Of a stretch of DNA of 64,000 nucleotides, positions 27,621-36,795 are shown piece after piece. Within the stretch, counting starts at the first letter, position 1, and each line of letters opens with the position of its first letter. The stretch comes from a virus (taxonomy: Duplodnaviria > Caudoviricetes), in the IMG/VR virus record IMGVR_UViG_3300005326_000040, positions 256,001 through 320,000 of that record. One strand, written 5' to 3'. The notes beneath the pieces are model-generated. The model searched no databases. It was not told the origin of the DNA and worked only from the letters and a program-made list of their open reading frames with translations. The position numbers and the translations under genes are program-made.

Positions 27621-27974
27621 ATGTTTAGAATTGTTGACAATAAGAACGTCGAAATGACAGACGATGAGTTTGGTGAATTTGAAAAGATTTGCCGAGCACA
27701 TGACCAGCCAACATTTAAAGGTGAAGAGCTTTTTAGAGACCGATTTTACACCGATGACAATGGTAAGATTGTTTGTCTCAAAGCTCTTGGAAACCGTATG
27801 GTTAGTTTTGAAGTTGTTTTCTTTTTGATGAACTTAATGCAGAATCAACATTTGCGCGCAATGTATGCTGAGATTGATGTGTTGGTTACTAAAGTTGAAG
27901 ATAAATTGCTTCAAGTAGATGAAAAGTTAAAAGATATGTCTGTTTATATGGACAGCCATTTCCCAAAAACCTAA
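27621..27974 (+). CDS. hypothetical protein
   Basis: 117-aa coupled ORF with a C-terminal coiled coil. Confidence 0.7.
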   Translation: MFRIVDNKNVEMTDDEFGEFEKICRAHDQPTFKGEELFRDRFYTDDNGKIVCLKALGNRMVSFEVVFFLMNLMQNQHLRAMYAEIDVLVTKVEDKLLQVDEKLKDMSVYMDSHFPKT

Positions 27975-27998
27975 TTCGCTTGTCGAGCAGCTTCATCT

Positions 27999-28574
27999 TT
28001 GAAAATAAAGATTAGCATGAGCAAAACAGACGGTCAAAGCATGATTGACGTGTTGATGAATATTGGAATTGACACGTTAGATGGAGATAAGCTTCGTGTT
28101 GACGAGGCGGAGTTTCAGAAAATTTCAAATGAATTTCCTGATGACGGTCTGGTAGATATTGCTCAATATGAACGCATGGCCGGACTAGCTATGAGGGGCA
28201 TCGCGATTTGTGACTATTGGGTTCCTATTCTCATGGTAATTATTGGGGAGCTTGAGTCAAAAAGAGATATTGCTAAGGCTAAAGCTTATGTTGACGCCGA
28301 AGAGCCTAAGTATGGAAAGCTTACGGCTGATGTTAGAAAGCAAATGTCTGAAGCAAATGAAGAATATAATCGCGTACGGATTTTGACGGAACGTATCCGG
28401 GCTATTAAAGTAATGTTTGAAAAGAAGTCACATTCCTTTACTAAGTTTCACGTTTTCATGAAGGACCAGCAAAAGCTTTACAGTTATAAGGGCGGGCGTG
28501 AAATTAGTGGAGATACATTGAAGTTTTCAAGTGAAAAGCCCGATAAAAAGACCAATGGCGAAGAAAATTGGTAG
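27999..28574 (+). CDS. UvsY-like recombination mediator (tentative)
   Basis: GKLTADVRKQMSEANEEY...ERIRAIKVMFEKKS resembles the T4 UvsY helix pattern and sits near the gp32-like and RecA genes; start uncertain (TTG). Confidence 0.45.
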   Translation: MKIKISMSKTDGQSMIDVLMNIGIDTLDGDKLRVDEAEFQKISNEFPDDGLVDIAQYERMAGLAMRGIAICDYWVPILMVIIGELESKRDIAKAKAYVDAEEPKYGKLTADVRKQMSEANEEYNRVRILTERIRAIKVMFEKKSHSFTKFHVFMKDQQKLYSYKGGREISGDTLKFSSEKPDKKTNGEENW

Positions 28575-28589
28575 GAAGAGAATAAGAAT

Positions 28590-28928
28590 ATGCCAACACC
28601 TAAGAAACCGGAAGAGAAGAGACAAGCAGAGGAAGAAAGCTTTAATAAGCCGGTACCTCAGAATATTGAGAGAATTAAGTATGACCCGATCTTTGAGATT
28701 ACTGTCGAGCAAGGTACAGGATCTCAAATAAGAGAGGTTATATATATTGGGAGGTTGTTTCCTTTCGTCGTAGGCCCGGTGCAAAACACAAATTTTGTTA
28801 CTATCAAGGGTTATATGCCGAGAGGTAAAGCCACCTTGCAGAATCCTAGGGAAGTGTTGGAGACAACACAATTGGTAGAAGATACATTTTCATATAACTT
28901 AATTAAAAAGATTCGCAAAATTGCCTAA
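28590..28928 (+). CDS. hypothetical protein
   Basis: 112-aa ORF in an operon context. Confidence 0.7.
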   Translation: MPTPKKPEEKRQAEEESFNKPVPQNIERIKYDPIFEITVEQGTGSQIREVIYIGRLFPFVVGPVQNTNFVTIKGYMPRGKATLQNPREVLETTQLVEDTFSYNLIKKIRKIA

Positions 28929-28966
28929 CGGCAGAAATAGAATCATACAACAAGGAGAAATCAAAA

Positions 28967-29698
28967 ATGGTACAATACGGCGAAACAGAGTGGGATGATA
29001 AAGGTAAGAGTGAGTTTATTAGGCTAAAGGACGGCACGAACAAGATTCGGCTTTTTACTAAGCCGTTCAAGTTCGGAACGCATCGCGTTCATTTTCCGGA
29101 TGACCCTACGACCAAGAATGGCGGTGGTCGTATCGTCCGTTGCGCAGTCAATGACTGTTCTCTTTGCGCTCTTGCAAAGGACGCAGAGGCTCGTCGCCCA
29201 AAGTGGGCTGCTAATCTTGAAGTAGATAAGCAGAAGTCACGTTGGTATGTCGGCGCAATTAGTCGGGACGAACAGAAGGCGGGCATTCTGGAGATTGGCT
29301 CCCTTATCCGCAATAAGGTGAAGGAATTTGCGGGAGACGAGAATTGGGGTAACCCAGCCAGATACGATCTAACTGTAAAGAAGGATCCAGTAGCTGGTAA
29401 GGAAAGCCCAATGCTTTACTACGCTATTACTCCTAATCCGGCTACTCTCGGTCAGCTTTCTGATAGCGATCAGGAGCTAATTGAAAAGTTCAATGTTGCT
29501 GCGCTAGTCAAGCGTTGCGAGCCAGTGTCGAATGAAGACGTTGAGCGAGCAGTGTTGAAGTATCGCAATGACGTTGATGAGCAGCTAAAGAAGGCCAGGG
29601 GCAAGACAGCCGAGAGGGCCGAAAAGGTTGAGGACAAAGACGAGGCAGATGAGGATCAGCCCAATCTAGTCTTCAAGAAGCCAATCAAAGAGACCTGA
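28967..29698 (+). CDS. gp32-like single-stranded DNA-binding protein
   Basis: FIRLKDG.NKIRL, H..HF...C...CSLC zinc site, RYDLTVKK, acidic C-terminal tail; SD AAGGAG; strong codon bias. Confidence 0.75.
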   Translation: MVQYGETEWDDKGKSEFIRLKDGTNKIRLFTKPFKFGTHRVHFPDDPTTKNGGGRIVRCAVNDCSLCALAKDAEARRPKWAANLEVDKQKSRWYVGAISRDEQKAGILEIGSLIRNKVKEFAGDENWGNPARYDLTVKKDPVAGKESPMLYYAITPNPATLGQLSDSDQELIEKFNVAALVKRCEPVSNEDVERAVLKYRNDVDEQLKKARGKTAERAEKVEDKDEADEDQPNLVFKKPIKET

Positions 29699-29730
29699 GC
29701 AGAATCGTTAGTATAAATCCCTAGGAAAAA

Positions 29731-29771
29731 GAAAGCCCGACTCATGTTATATATAATGAGTCGGGTTTTTT
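29731..29771 (+). terminator. intrinsic terminator (possibly bidirectional) with TATATAAT in the loop/stem
   Basis: Perfect 10-bp stem CCCGACTCAT/ATGAGTCGGG, 10-nt loop, T6 tail, A-rich 5' flank. Confidence 0.85.
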
Positions 29772-29786
29772 CTATCTAAAGGGCTA

Positions 29787-30497
29787 ATGGCTAAAACAAA
29801 AACAGCAGTTACAAAACAAAAAAAAGAAAAGGTTGTTGAAACAAAACCTATTCTAAATCCAGATGCACTTAATATTGTGGTTGGTTGGGATGTATCAAGT
29901 ACAACCATTGGTTGGGGAGCCTTATATTTTCTGGGAAATAAAATTCATCAAGTAGAGTATGGCTATTATAAACCCGAGGAAAAAGACAATAAACTGCTGA
30001 GTTTAGTGTTAGTAAAGCAACATGTGGCTGACATTTTAGAAAACGCATTCCATAAAAACATAAAAGGTCAATACGGCTTAGTTACAATGTATTCTGGAGT
30101 AGAAGACTTTTTACTTCATATGGAAGCAAAATCAAGCGCAAACACCATTACTATGCTTTCTGTTTATAATCGAACTGTTTGTATGTCGGTTTTTGATTTT
30201 CTAGCTGCTGCAAATGAAGAATGCGTTGCTTTCAAAGATAATATTCCAAGGTTGCTTCCAGTAGCAACTATTCGAAGTATTCTTAGGAAGCTGTCGGGCC
30301 AGGAAGAGCGCGTGGATAAAGAGCATGTACCAGATGTAGTTGAGGAAATTATCAATTCTAAATGGTATGATTCTTCATCTGCTTGGACTTTTAGACGGCT
30401 CACCAAACGTACAGGCAAAATGCAAGACGAATGTTTTGATATGGCCGATGGGTTAGCCGTTGCTGTAGCTACTGCCAATAAGCTTGGCCTTTTGTAG
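29787..30497 (+). CDS. RuvC-like Holliday junction resolvase
   Basis: VVGWDVSSTTIGWG (Asp1), GVEDF (Glu) and FDMADGLAVA (Asp pair). Confidence 0.8.
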   Translation: MAKTKTAVTKQKKEKVVETKPILNPDALNIVVGWDVSSTTIGWGALYFLGNKIHQVEYGYYKPEEKDNKLLSLVLVKQHVADILENAFHKNIKGQYGLVTMYSGVEDFLLHMEAKSSANTITMLSVYNRTVCMSVFDFLAAANEECVAFKDNIPRLLPVATIRSILRKLSGQEERVDKEHVPDVVEEIINSKWYDSSSAWTFRRLTKRTGKMQDECFDMADGLAVAVATANKLGLL

Positions 30498-30506
30498 GTT
30501 GGTTAA

Positions 30507-31538
30507 ATGAATCTTGAGGAAGCTCATCGTCTACTAGGAACGACTGATTCTGCCACGCCAGATGATATTCGTAAAGCCTTTCGTAAAAAGGCGGCAGAAG
30601 CTCATCCTGATAAGAATCCAGGTGATGCGACCGCTGAGGCGAGATTCAAAGAAATTAACGAAGCATACCAGATTCTTTCGGGTACACAGCAGCCATCTCA
30701 TCCACAATATCATGATGTCTCGTCTGCTTATCAAAACATGCAGGTGAACTTCGAAGATTTCTTTGGTCCATTTACGGAGTTCATAAACCCGCAAGCTCAA
30801 AGAAAACAGGTGCCTTATAAGAAAAGTCATGTGCAAAAATCGGTACAGCTTTCTTTTGAAGAGTCTATTCTTGGCGCCGAAAGAGAATTCAAGTACGTAC
30901 GAAAAGTTTTTTGTAAGAAGTGTAAAGCTGAAGGGATGAATCCTGGTTCAGTTAAAAAATGTACTCAATGTAACGGCAGTGGAATGATTCAAAAGCAAAA
31001 TAAGCAGGGTGGCTTTTTTCATTTTACAGCAACAACTTGTTCTGCTTGTAATGGCCGTGGAAAAGTTGGAGAGGCTTGTCCAGATTGCCAGGGACAAGGT
31101 TTCATTAAAGAAAACAAAACTGCAAAGGTAAAGATTCCTCCAGTAGGGTCTCAGACTGATGTTGTTTTGCGTTTCCCTAAAGAGGGACATGTTTATCCAG
31201 ATGTTATTTCAGATGTTTTTATTTCAATAACGCCTACAGCATCAAAAGACAACATGGTTATTGAAGGAACTAATGTCATAATGAAACTTCCTGTACCATT
31301 GAATATTTTGTTATTTGGAGGCGAGCGACAAGTCCCAATTGTCGGGCAAACCGAATTGCGGACTATTAAAATAAATGAATCATCCAAAGTTGGCGACAAT
31401 ATAGTCTTAAACGAATGCGGAGTAAGGAGTTTTCAATCCTCTTCGCCCGGAAAATTGGTTATACAACTGGATATTGAATATCCAAAAAAACTAACACCAG
31501 AACTAAAAGAACAACTAACAAAAGCATACGAGGATTAA
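30507..31538 (+). CDS. dnaJ: DnaJ class A co-chaperone
   Basis: J domain with HPD (AHPDKNPGD); four CxxCxGxG-type repeats (first degenerate); C-terminal domains. Confidence 0.95.
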   Translation: MNLEEAHRLLGTTDSATPDDIRKAFRKKAAEAHPDKNPGDATAEARFKEINEAYQILSGTQQPSHPQYHDVSSAYQNMQVNFEDFFGPFTEFINPQAQRKQVPYKKSHVQKSVQLSFEESILGAEREFKYVRKVFCKKCKAEGMNPGSVKKCTQCNGSGMIQKQNKQGGFFHFTATTCSACNGRGKVGEACPDCQGQGFIKENKTAKVKIPPVGSQTDVVLRFPKEGHVYPDVISDVFISITPTASKDNMVIEGTNVIMKLPVPLNILLFGGERQVPIVGQTELRTIKINESSKVGDNIVLNECGVRSFQSSSPGKLVIQLDIEYPKKLTPELKEQLTKAYED

Positions 31539-32885
31539 ATGGGTAGACCAAAAGGTAAGTCAAATAGAAAAAATGATTTAGAGCCTATCAACACACAGAC
31601 TGCTGCGCCAGCGCCTTCTGTATCCAGTTCGGCTGGATTGGATGCGCTATTTGCTATTGAAAAGCAGTTTGCAGATAGCATCAATACATTCAAGCCTAAA
31701 AAAACACATGTAAATGTCATTAGTACCGGGTCACCAGCGTTAGATGATATCTGTGTAGTAGGAGGTTATCCAAGAGGTAGGATTGTTCACTTGTTTGGTC
31801 CTTTCGGTGGTGGCAAAACTTTTATGTGCATGATTGCTGCCAAGAGCGCTCTTGAACAGGATCCAGACAATGTCGTGATTTGGTTTGACGCTGAAAATAC
31901 ATTTGACTACGATTGGGCTCACAATCTTGGTATTTGGGATCCCAAGCTGTATAATGAAGAAACTGGGGTCGATAGAAATCGACTTGTAGTTATTCCAATC
32001 AACCTTGGAAAATCAATCTTCAAGCGCATTTCAGGCGAACTTAAGGTCGATAAGTTTGGAAAAGAAAGAAAAGATCCTGGGTTCTTGGATCTTATTATTG
32101 AAGGCAAGCTTAAGTGTCCATTGATTGTTTTGGACTCAATTGCAGCAATTATCCCGCCAGGAGAAGATACTTCTACTATTGGCAAGCAGAATATGGCTCT
32201 TCTTCCAAGATTCTTGCCGCCAGAGTTCAGAAGAATCGCCAGTCCGTTATTCCGTTCTGAAACTTGCTTTATGTGTATTAACCAAGTCGTTACGAACATT
32301 GGTGATCAGTGGGGTGATGAATTTGGTTTTTCAGGCGGAGAGAAGCTGAAGCATTGGATTAGTTTGAATATCTTTGTTGATAAGCTAGAATCAAAGGGCG
32401 GCAAGATTTTAACAGAAAAAGACGCCAAGGACACTATTATTGGCCAGTCTGTTAGGTTTATCATTAAGAAGAGTAAGTTCGGACCTTATCCGCGCAGTTG
32501 TGAATCCAAAGTGTGTTTCAAGACCGGGACGGAGTGGACTGGGAAAGAATACACTGTAGGCATCGTAGATATTGAAGAAGAGTGGGTAGACCTTGGCGTT
32601 CACTATGGTGTAATTGACCTAGGTGGTTCCTGGTATTCTTTTGGAGACTACGGTAAGTGGCAGGGTAAGCCAAACATTGCTGAGGCTCTACGGGCCGACC
32701 CAGACATGCTAGAAGCTTTGAAAGCTGGAGTTGCAGCCGCTAAGAAGGCTGGTAAAAAGAACGACATGCATGTTGAAGGCGAAGACGAAATTATGAAGAA
32801 GATTGCTGTGCTTGATAGCCGAGCAAAAGTTGATGATGCTGAAGAAGAAGAAACAGAAGAAGACGATGACGACAGTGAGGAGTAA
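31539..32885 (+). CDS. recA: RecA recombinase
   Basis: ISTGSPALD, GGYPRGRIVHLFGPFGGGKT (Walker A), IVLDSIAA (Walker B), GGEKLKH, KSKFGPY, GGSWYSF; acidic tail. Confidence 0.95.
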   Translation: MGRPKGKSNRKNDLEPINTQTAAPAPSVSSSAGLDALFAIEKQFADSINTFKPKKTHVNVISTGSPALDDICVVGGYPRGRIVHLFGPFGGGKTFMCMIAAKSALEQDPDNVVIWFDAENTFDYDWAHNLGIWDPKLYNEETGVDRNRLVVIPINLGKSIFKRISGELKVDKFGKERKDPGFLDLIIEGKLKCPLIVLDSIAAIIPPGEDTSTIGKQNMALLPRFLPPEFRRIASPLFRSETCFMCINQVVTNIGDQWGDEFGFSGGEKLKHWISLNIFVDKLESKGGKILTEKDAKDTIIGQSVRFIIKKSKFGPYPRSCESKVCFKTGTEWTGKEYTVGIVDIEEEWVDLGVHYGVIDLGGSWYSFGDYGKWQGKPNIAEALRADPDMLEALKAGVAAAKKAGKKNDMHVEGEDEIMKKIAVLDSRAKVDDAEEEETEEDDDDSEE

Positions 32886-33205
32886 TGTTATTAACTTGTC
32901 CAAATAAAGAATGTAGAAAACTTTCAGATGTAAAGTTGAATGAGAAGACCAATGAAGTTGTTTGCGAGAGTTGTGGAAACGTAATTCCAAATGTTACGAG
33001 TTTCGTGAAAAATAACTTGCGTGCCAACAAAGAGTTTATAAAAGTTGGTACTAAAAGCAATTTCAATGTCAAGTGTTCAAAATGTGGTCGAGTTGTCGGC
33101 CCGCTCTTGGTAAATAATAAGGTGACGTGCCCCGATTGTAAGGGGGAGATTACCTTATCCAAGGCGTTTGAAAATGTCTTCCGCGAGTCCTACCGAAAAT
33201 CCTAG
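32885..33205 (+). CDS. multi zinc-ribbon protein
   Basis: CPNKEC, CESC, CSKC and CPDC. Confidence 0.75.
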   Translation: MLLTCPNKECRKLSDVKLNEKTNEVVCESCGNVIPNVTSFVKNNLRANKEFIKVGTKSNFNVKCSKCGRVVGPLLVNNKVTCPDCKGEITLSKAFENVFRESYRKS

Positions 33206-34079
33206 CCAGAATAATTCTAAGACAGCCGCAGCGCTTGCTAAAGAAGCGACTGTGAAACGCAAACAACGATTCAAGCACCTTGATGCTATCATCACCGTAG
33301 CTTCTAATTGGTTGTACAATCAGTCGCCAGCCAAAGACACCCTAGCTTATCTCGACAAACGCATGTCAAGAGAGCAGCAATCCATTCTTAAATTCGGATA
33401 TTTCCCCCGAAATTGGGAGGATGTCTTGTTGTTTATGGACGACTTGTCTGAAGTTTTGCCTAAAGAAGATCCCAAAAATGTCCTTGAAGAGAATGGGATT
33501 ATTGAGCTTCGGGCAAGAAAGCCAAAGAATTTCTACTATAATAATCCTCTTTTGATTCCTTTTTACGACGTTTACGGTAATCCTGTATCGATAGTGGGAA
33601 GAACACTTCTTTCCGAACAGGAACTGAAACAAACAAAAATCAGCAAATACAAGAACTTACCTTTCCAAAAAAGTAAACATTTATTTGGATTGAATTTATC
33701 TTGGAGGAAGATCGTCGAACTTGATTATGTTCTTATAGTAGAAGGGCAGTTTGATTTTATCACGAGTTTCTTGTATGGGTATGAGAACTCTGTGGCGCTT
33801 TGTGGTAGCAAGGTAATTCTGGAACAACTACTATTATTGAAACGTTATACTAAGAATTTCTATTTTATTTTAGACAATGATGAAGCAGGCGAAAAAGGCT
33901 GGAACGCAATAAATAACAAAGCCAGCAAATATGATATCTTTTGTCACCGGATTGAATTAACGCAGGGTAAGGATGTAGATGAGTGCTTGCGAAGCGGAAA
34001 TACAATTGTATTTCCGAAACCTCATTTACTTAGGATATATAAACACGCATTAACTAAACAGGAGATGGATGCCGGATAG
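33174..34079 (+). CDS. dnaG: DnaG primase catalytic core (TOPRIM), lacking the N-terminal zinc finger
   Basis: YL..R...KFGYFP, LLIPFYD..G..V..GR, KYKN, IVEGQFD, LDNDEAG, KDVDE; start uncertain. Confidence 0.9.
   Translation: MSSASPTENPSQNNSKTAAALAKEATVKRKQRFKHLDAIITVASNWLYNQSPAKDTLAYLDKRMSREQQSILKFGYFPRNWEDVLLFMDDLSEVLPKEDPKNVLEENGIIELRARKPKNFYYNNPLLIPFYDVYGNPVSIVGRTLLSEQELKQTKISKYKNLPFQKSKHLFGLNLSWRKIVELDYVLIVEGQFDFITSFLYGYENSVALCGSKVILEQLLLLKRYTKNFYFILDNDEAGEKGWNAINNKASKYDIFCHRIELTQGKDVDECLRSGNTIVFPKPHLLRIYKHALTKQEMDAG
34034..34043 (+). promoter_or_regulatory. GATATATAAA box upstream of the sigma-4/HTH gene
   Basis: Inside the 3' end of dnaG, 25 nt before the ATG at 34069 (SD CAGGAG). Confidence 0.3.
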
Positions 34080-34515
34080 AACTAGAAACCGCTCGGGAGG
34101 ATATCAGTTTAATCTTATCGAAGTCGCAGTCTCACCTTTTATCTTAGGCGACCTTTCCGCCGCCCAAGGTATGGCGTATCGTTTTCAACCATTTGAGGAG
34201 AGTGAAATGCTTCTTGATCTAAAGGAGGAGCTAAAGGTACATCTTTGGCGAATTATTGAAACGGGGCTTACAAAACGTCAGCGCGAAGTAGTGAAACTCT
34301 CAATGGATGGTTATACTCAAAATGAAATTGCCAAACAACTTGGTATCAACCAAACAAGTGTTCATAAAGTCCTTCGTGGAAATATTGATTATCGTATGCA
34401 ACGTCGTCGGTATGGCGGAGCATTTAAAAAAATACTAAAACTAGCACAAGCAGACATTGAGATTCAAAAGATACTTACCGAAATAAAAGACCTCTACGAA
34501 TGTTTGGAACTCTAA
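34069..34515 (+). CDS. sigma-70 region-4/LuxR-type HTH transcription factor
   Basis: LTKRQREVVKLSMDGYTQNEIAKQLGINQTSVHKVL; located at the replication/structural module junction. Confidence 0.82.
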   Translation: MPDRTRNRSGGYQFNLIEVAVSPFILGDLSAAQGMAYRFQPFEESEMLLDLKEELKVHLWRIIETGLTKRQREVVKLSMDGYTQNEIAKQLGINQTSVHKVLRGNIDYRMQRRRYGGAFKKILKLAQADIEIQKILTEIKDLYECLEL

Positions 34516-34560
34516 GTTGAAGGTATATTTGATTTGCCTGAAGATTTTTGTTGTGACATG

Positions 34561-34575
34561 GTAATGAAACAACAT
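34561..34575 (+). promoter_or_regulatory. candidate late promoter gtaatg-N6-cat at the head of the structural module
   Basis: GTAATG AAACAA CAT. Confidence 0.45.
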
Positions 34576-34609
34576 ATTTTTAGACGATATTGCTACATAG
34601 ATGAGGATT

Positions 34610-35089
34610 ATGGACAAATTCAATTTTAATTTTGACGAGCTTGACCACACATTAAATGCTCCCAAAATGTATAAACTTGCGGATGTGAAAGACCAAATCC
34701 GAAAAGTAGCATTCAATGTTGTGACTTTCAGAAACAATCCAGAGACATTATGGCAGGTTGTGCAAGGCGATGGAGGGGAAGAGTACATCGTAGCAACTTA
34801 CACGACTGAACCTGTTGATTTGGTTTCTACAAGCTCAGCTGCATCTAAAACAGAAAAAAAGGCTTGGGTTGTAGAGACTGATCGTTTGGGAAAGAAAGCA
34901 ACAATCTTCTATAATAACATGCCCATCACAAACGTTGATGTAAGCAAAATTGATGATTTGGAAGATTTCAAATATCGTACACCTCAATTACTCAACAAAA
35001 ACGCATCCTTGGTAACCAAGATGCTGAACAGTTTGGATGAAAGTTATAGAAGGCAAGTCCTCAACATGTTTCCTGAACTGCAAAAATAA
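34610..35089 (+). CDS. hypothetical head-module protein
   Basis: SD GAGGA before the ATG at 34610; TEKKAW motif. Confidence 0.7.
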   Translation: MDKFNFNFDELDHTLNAPKMYKLADVKDQIRKVAFNVVTFRNNPETLWQVVQGDGGEEYIVATYTTEPVDLVSTSSAASKTEKKAWVVETDRLGKKATIFYNNMPITNVDVSKIDDLEDFKYRTPQLLNKNASLVTKMLNSLDESYRRQVLNMFPELQK

Positions 35090-35097
35090 CGGTGAAT

Positions 35098-36786
35098 ATG
35101 GTTCTTAACCCAGCGGAAATTATCAAAAAGGCAACAGATTTAGTTACCAAGCTCCATGACAATGAAGCTCTTCCCGTACCTGTTTTGCAGGTTCGTGCCA
35201 TGAGGGCTACCGAGAACCATCCCAACGATCAAACGTTGAGAATGCTTTATAACGTTCTTGAGCGGATGAATGAGCATGGTAAAGGTTTTATTACACGCGC
35301 AGAATTTCGAGAGTTATATCGAAAATTTGCGACTTCAAACAACAGAGCTTCGGGTTATTTCGAAGAAGAGTTGAGTCTAACAGAGCTTCCTAAAGCGAAA
35401 ATTCTAGCGCAAGCTGGTGATGAGAGCGTTGACATTGTTCAAGAAGCAATGAGCGCGGCTGCTGATCCAGCTTTAGTTAATGCTTTTTCAGAGCTTTGGA
35501 CTCAGCAAGGCACGCCTAATAAGAAGGCGGAACTAAAGATTTACGACCCAAGTCGAGCCAAGATGGCAGCAAATCTAGCAGAACTAGAGTTGATTAGATT
35601 GGGCGCTCAGCCTGTTAAGATGAGTGTATTTGGTGGTTCACAACATTTTATTATTTGTGATGCAACCTATAACACTCCTTCAGGTGAAGGTCACGTTCTT
35701 GTGCCTGTTGAGCTTACCGCTTCACGTATGCTGGTTCCTAATATGTTCCTTTCGAAGCATGGTTTTGTTGATCTAAGCAAGAATGCGATTATTACTCACC
35801 TTCGCGAAAGCGGCGGCAAGAATATTAGAATCAACGCTAATCATCTTTTAGACTCACTTCATAATATGCAGAAGTTTGCTTCTATGGATGAGGTTGAATT
35901 ACAGATTGCTGTTGCGCGAGCAAATGCTGATAAAGCACTAGGCATCGTAAAGAGCGCGAGTGAAAACTCTAACGTTCCTTCTTTGACTGGCAATCCTGTT
36001 TATGTTGAAATCGATTCTGAAGAACAGAATGACCTCGACCTTCCTCAAAGCCCTCATGCAGCCAGTTTTGCTTCGATGTTAGAAAGCCCTCGCGGTTTGG
36101 CTGAGTATACATTTGGACGCGACCTAGTGGAGCAAGGCAGAACAATCGTTGCTAACAAATTCAAGGCGTTTGGATACAAGCCTGAAATCGCCGTTGTTGG
36201 TTGTGATGATGATTCTATCTCCTATGCTGTCAAAGTAAGCACAGCTAATGGCCCGCTTGGGATGCAGGTTCTTGTTGATATTTCTGAAGGCAAGCGCATG
36301 CATCTTCCTAATATTGTAGCCACAAACGATAAGGTTTATGAGTTTACAAGAGAAGGCGTCGCAGAAGCCGTAACTCATAAAATTTCTGATTGGGGCATGA
36401 TTGCTGCTGTATCGCCGATGTATGAGCTAAAGACAAGCGAAGTTCTTGATCGTCTTCGTAAAGCTGCTGATAATCATGATTTCGCCGCAGCTGAAGAAGC
36501 TCTTCATGTTATTGCTGAAAAAGCGGCTCCAGATGTCTATAGTGCCGCTGTCGCAGAATATATGAGAAGTCTATCGGGAGAAATCGAAAAGAAGGCTAGT
36601 GCTAAATGCGGCTGCAAGAAAATTATCAAGTCTGCAAGCCATGTCGCTCCCATTTGCGGTCACTTGAATTTGCCTCTTGATAAGGTTTATCAGGATGAGT
36701 TCGGCAATTGTCGTCCATTATATCGCAGAAACATGGATGAAACATACGAAGGTCTACTTTTTAACACAAGCAAAGTTCTACTATAA
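35098..36786 (+). CDS. putative prohead core protein with an internally duplicated alpha/beta domain and Cys/His C-terminus
   Basis: Two about 70-aa similar segments; IIKKAT, MQKFAS, IVKSAS, IEKKAS and IIKSAS motifs; C-terminal CGC...CGH...C. Confidence 0.6.
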   Translation: MVLNPAEIIKKATDLVTKLHDNEALPVPVLQVRAMRATENHPNDQTLRMLYNVLERMNEHGKGFITRAEFRELYRKFATSNNRASGYFEEELSLTELPKAKILAQAGDESVDIVQEAMSAAADPALVNAFSELWTQQGTPNKKAELKIYDPSRAKMAANLAELELIRLGAQPVKMSVFGGSQHFIICDATYNTPSGEGHVLVPVELTASRMLVPNMFLSKHGFVDLSKNAIITHLRESGGKNIRINANHLLDSLHNMQKFASMDEVELQIAVARANADKALGIVKSASENSNVPSLTGNPVYVEIDSEEQNDLDLPQSPHAASFASMLESPRGLAEYTFGRDLVEQGRTIVANKFKAFGYKPEIAVVGCDDDSISYAVKVSTANGPLGMQVLVDISEGKRMHLPNIVATNDKVYEFTREGVAEAVTHKISDWGMIAAVSPMYELKTSEVLDRLRKAADNHDFAAAEEALHVIAEKAAPDVYSAAVAEYMRSLSGEIEKKASAKCGCKKIIKSASHVAPICGHLNLPLDKVYQDEFGNCRPLYRRNMDETYEGLLFNTSKVLL

Positions 36787-36795
36787 GGAGAGCAA

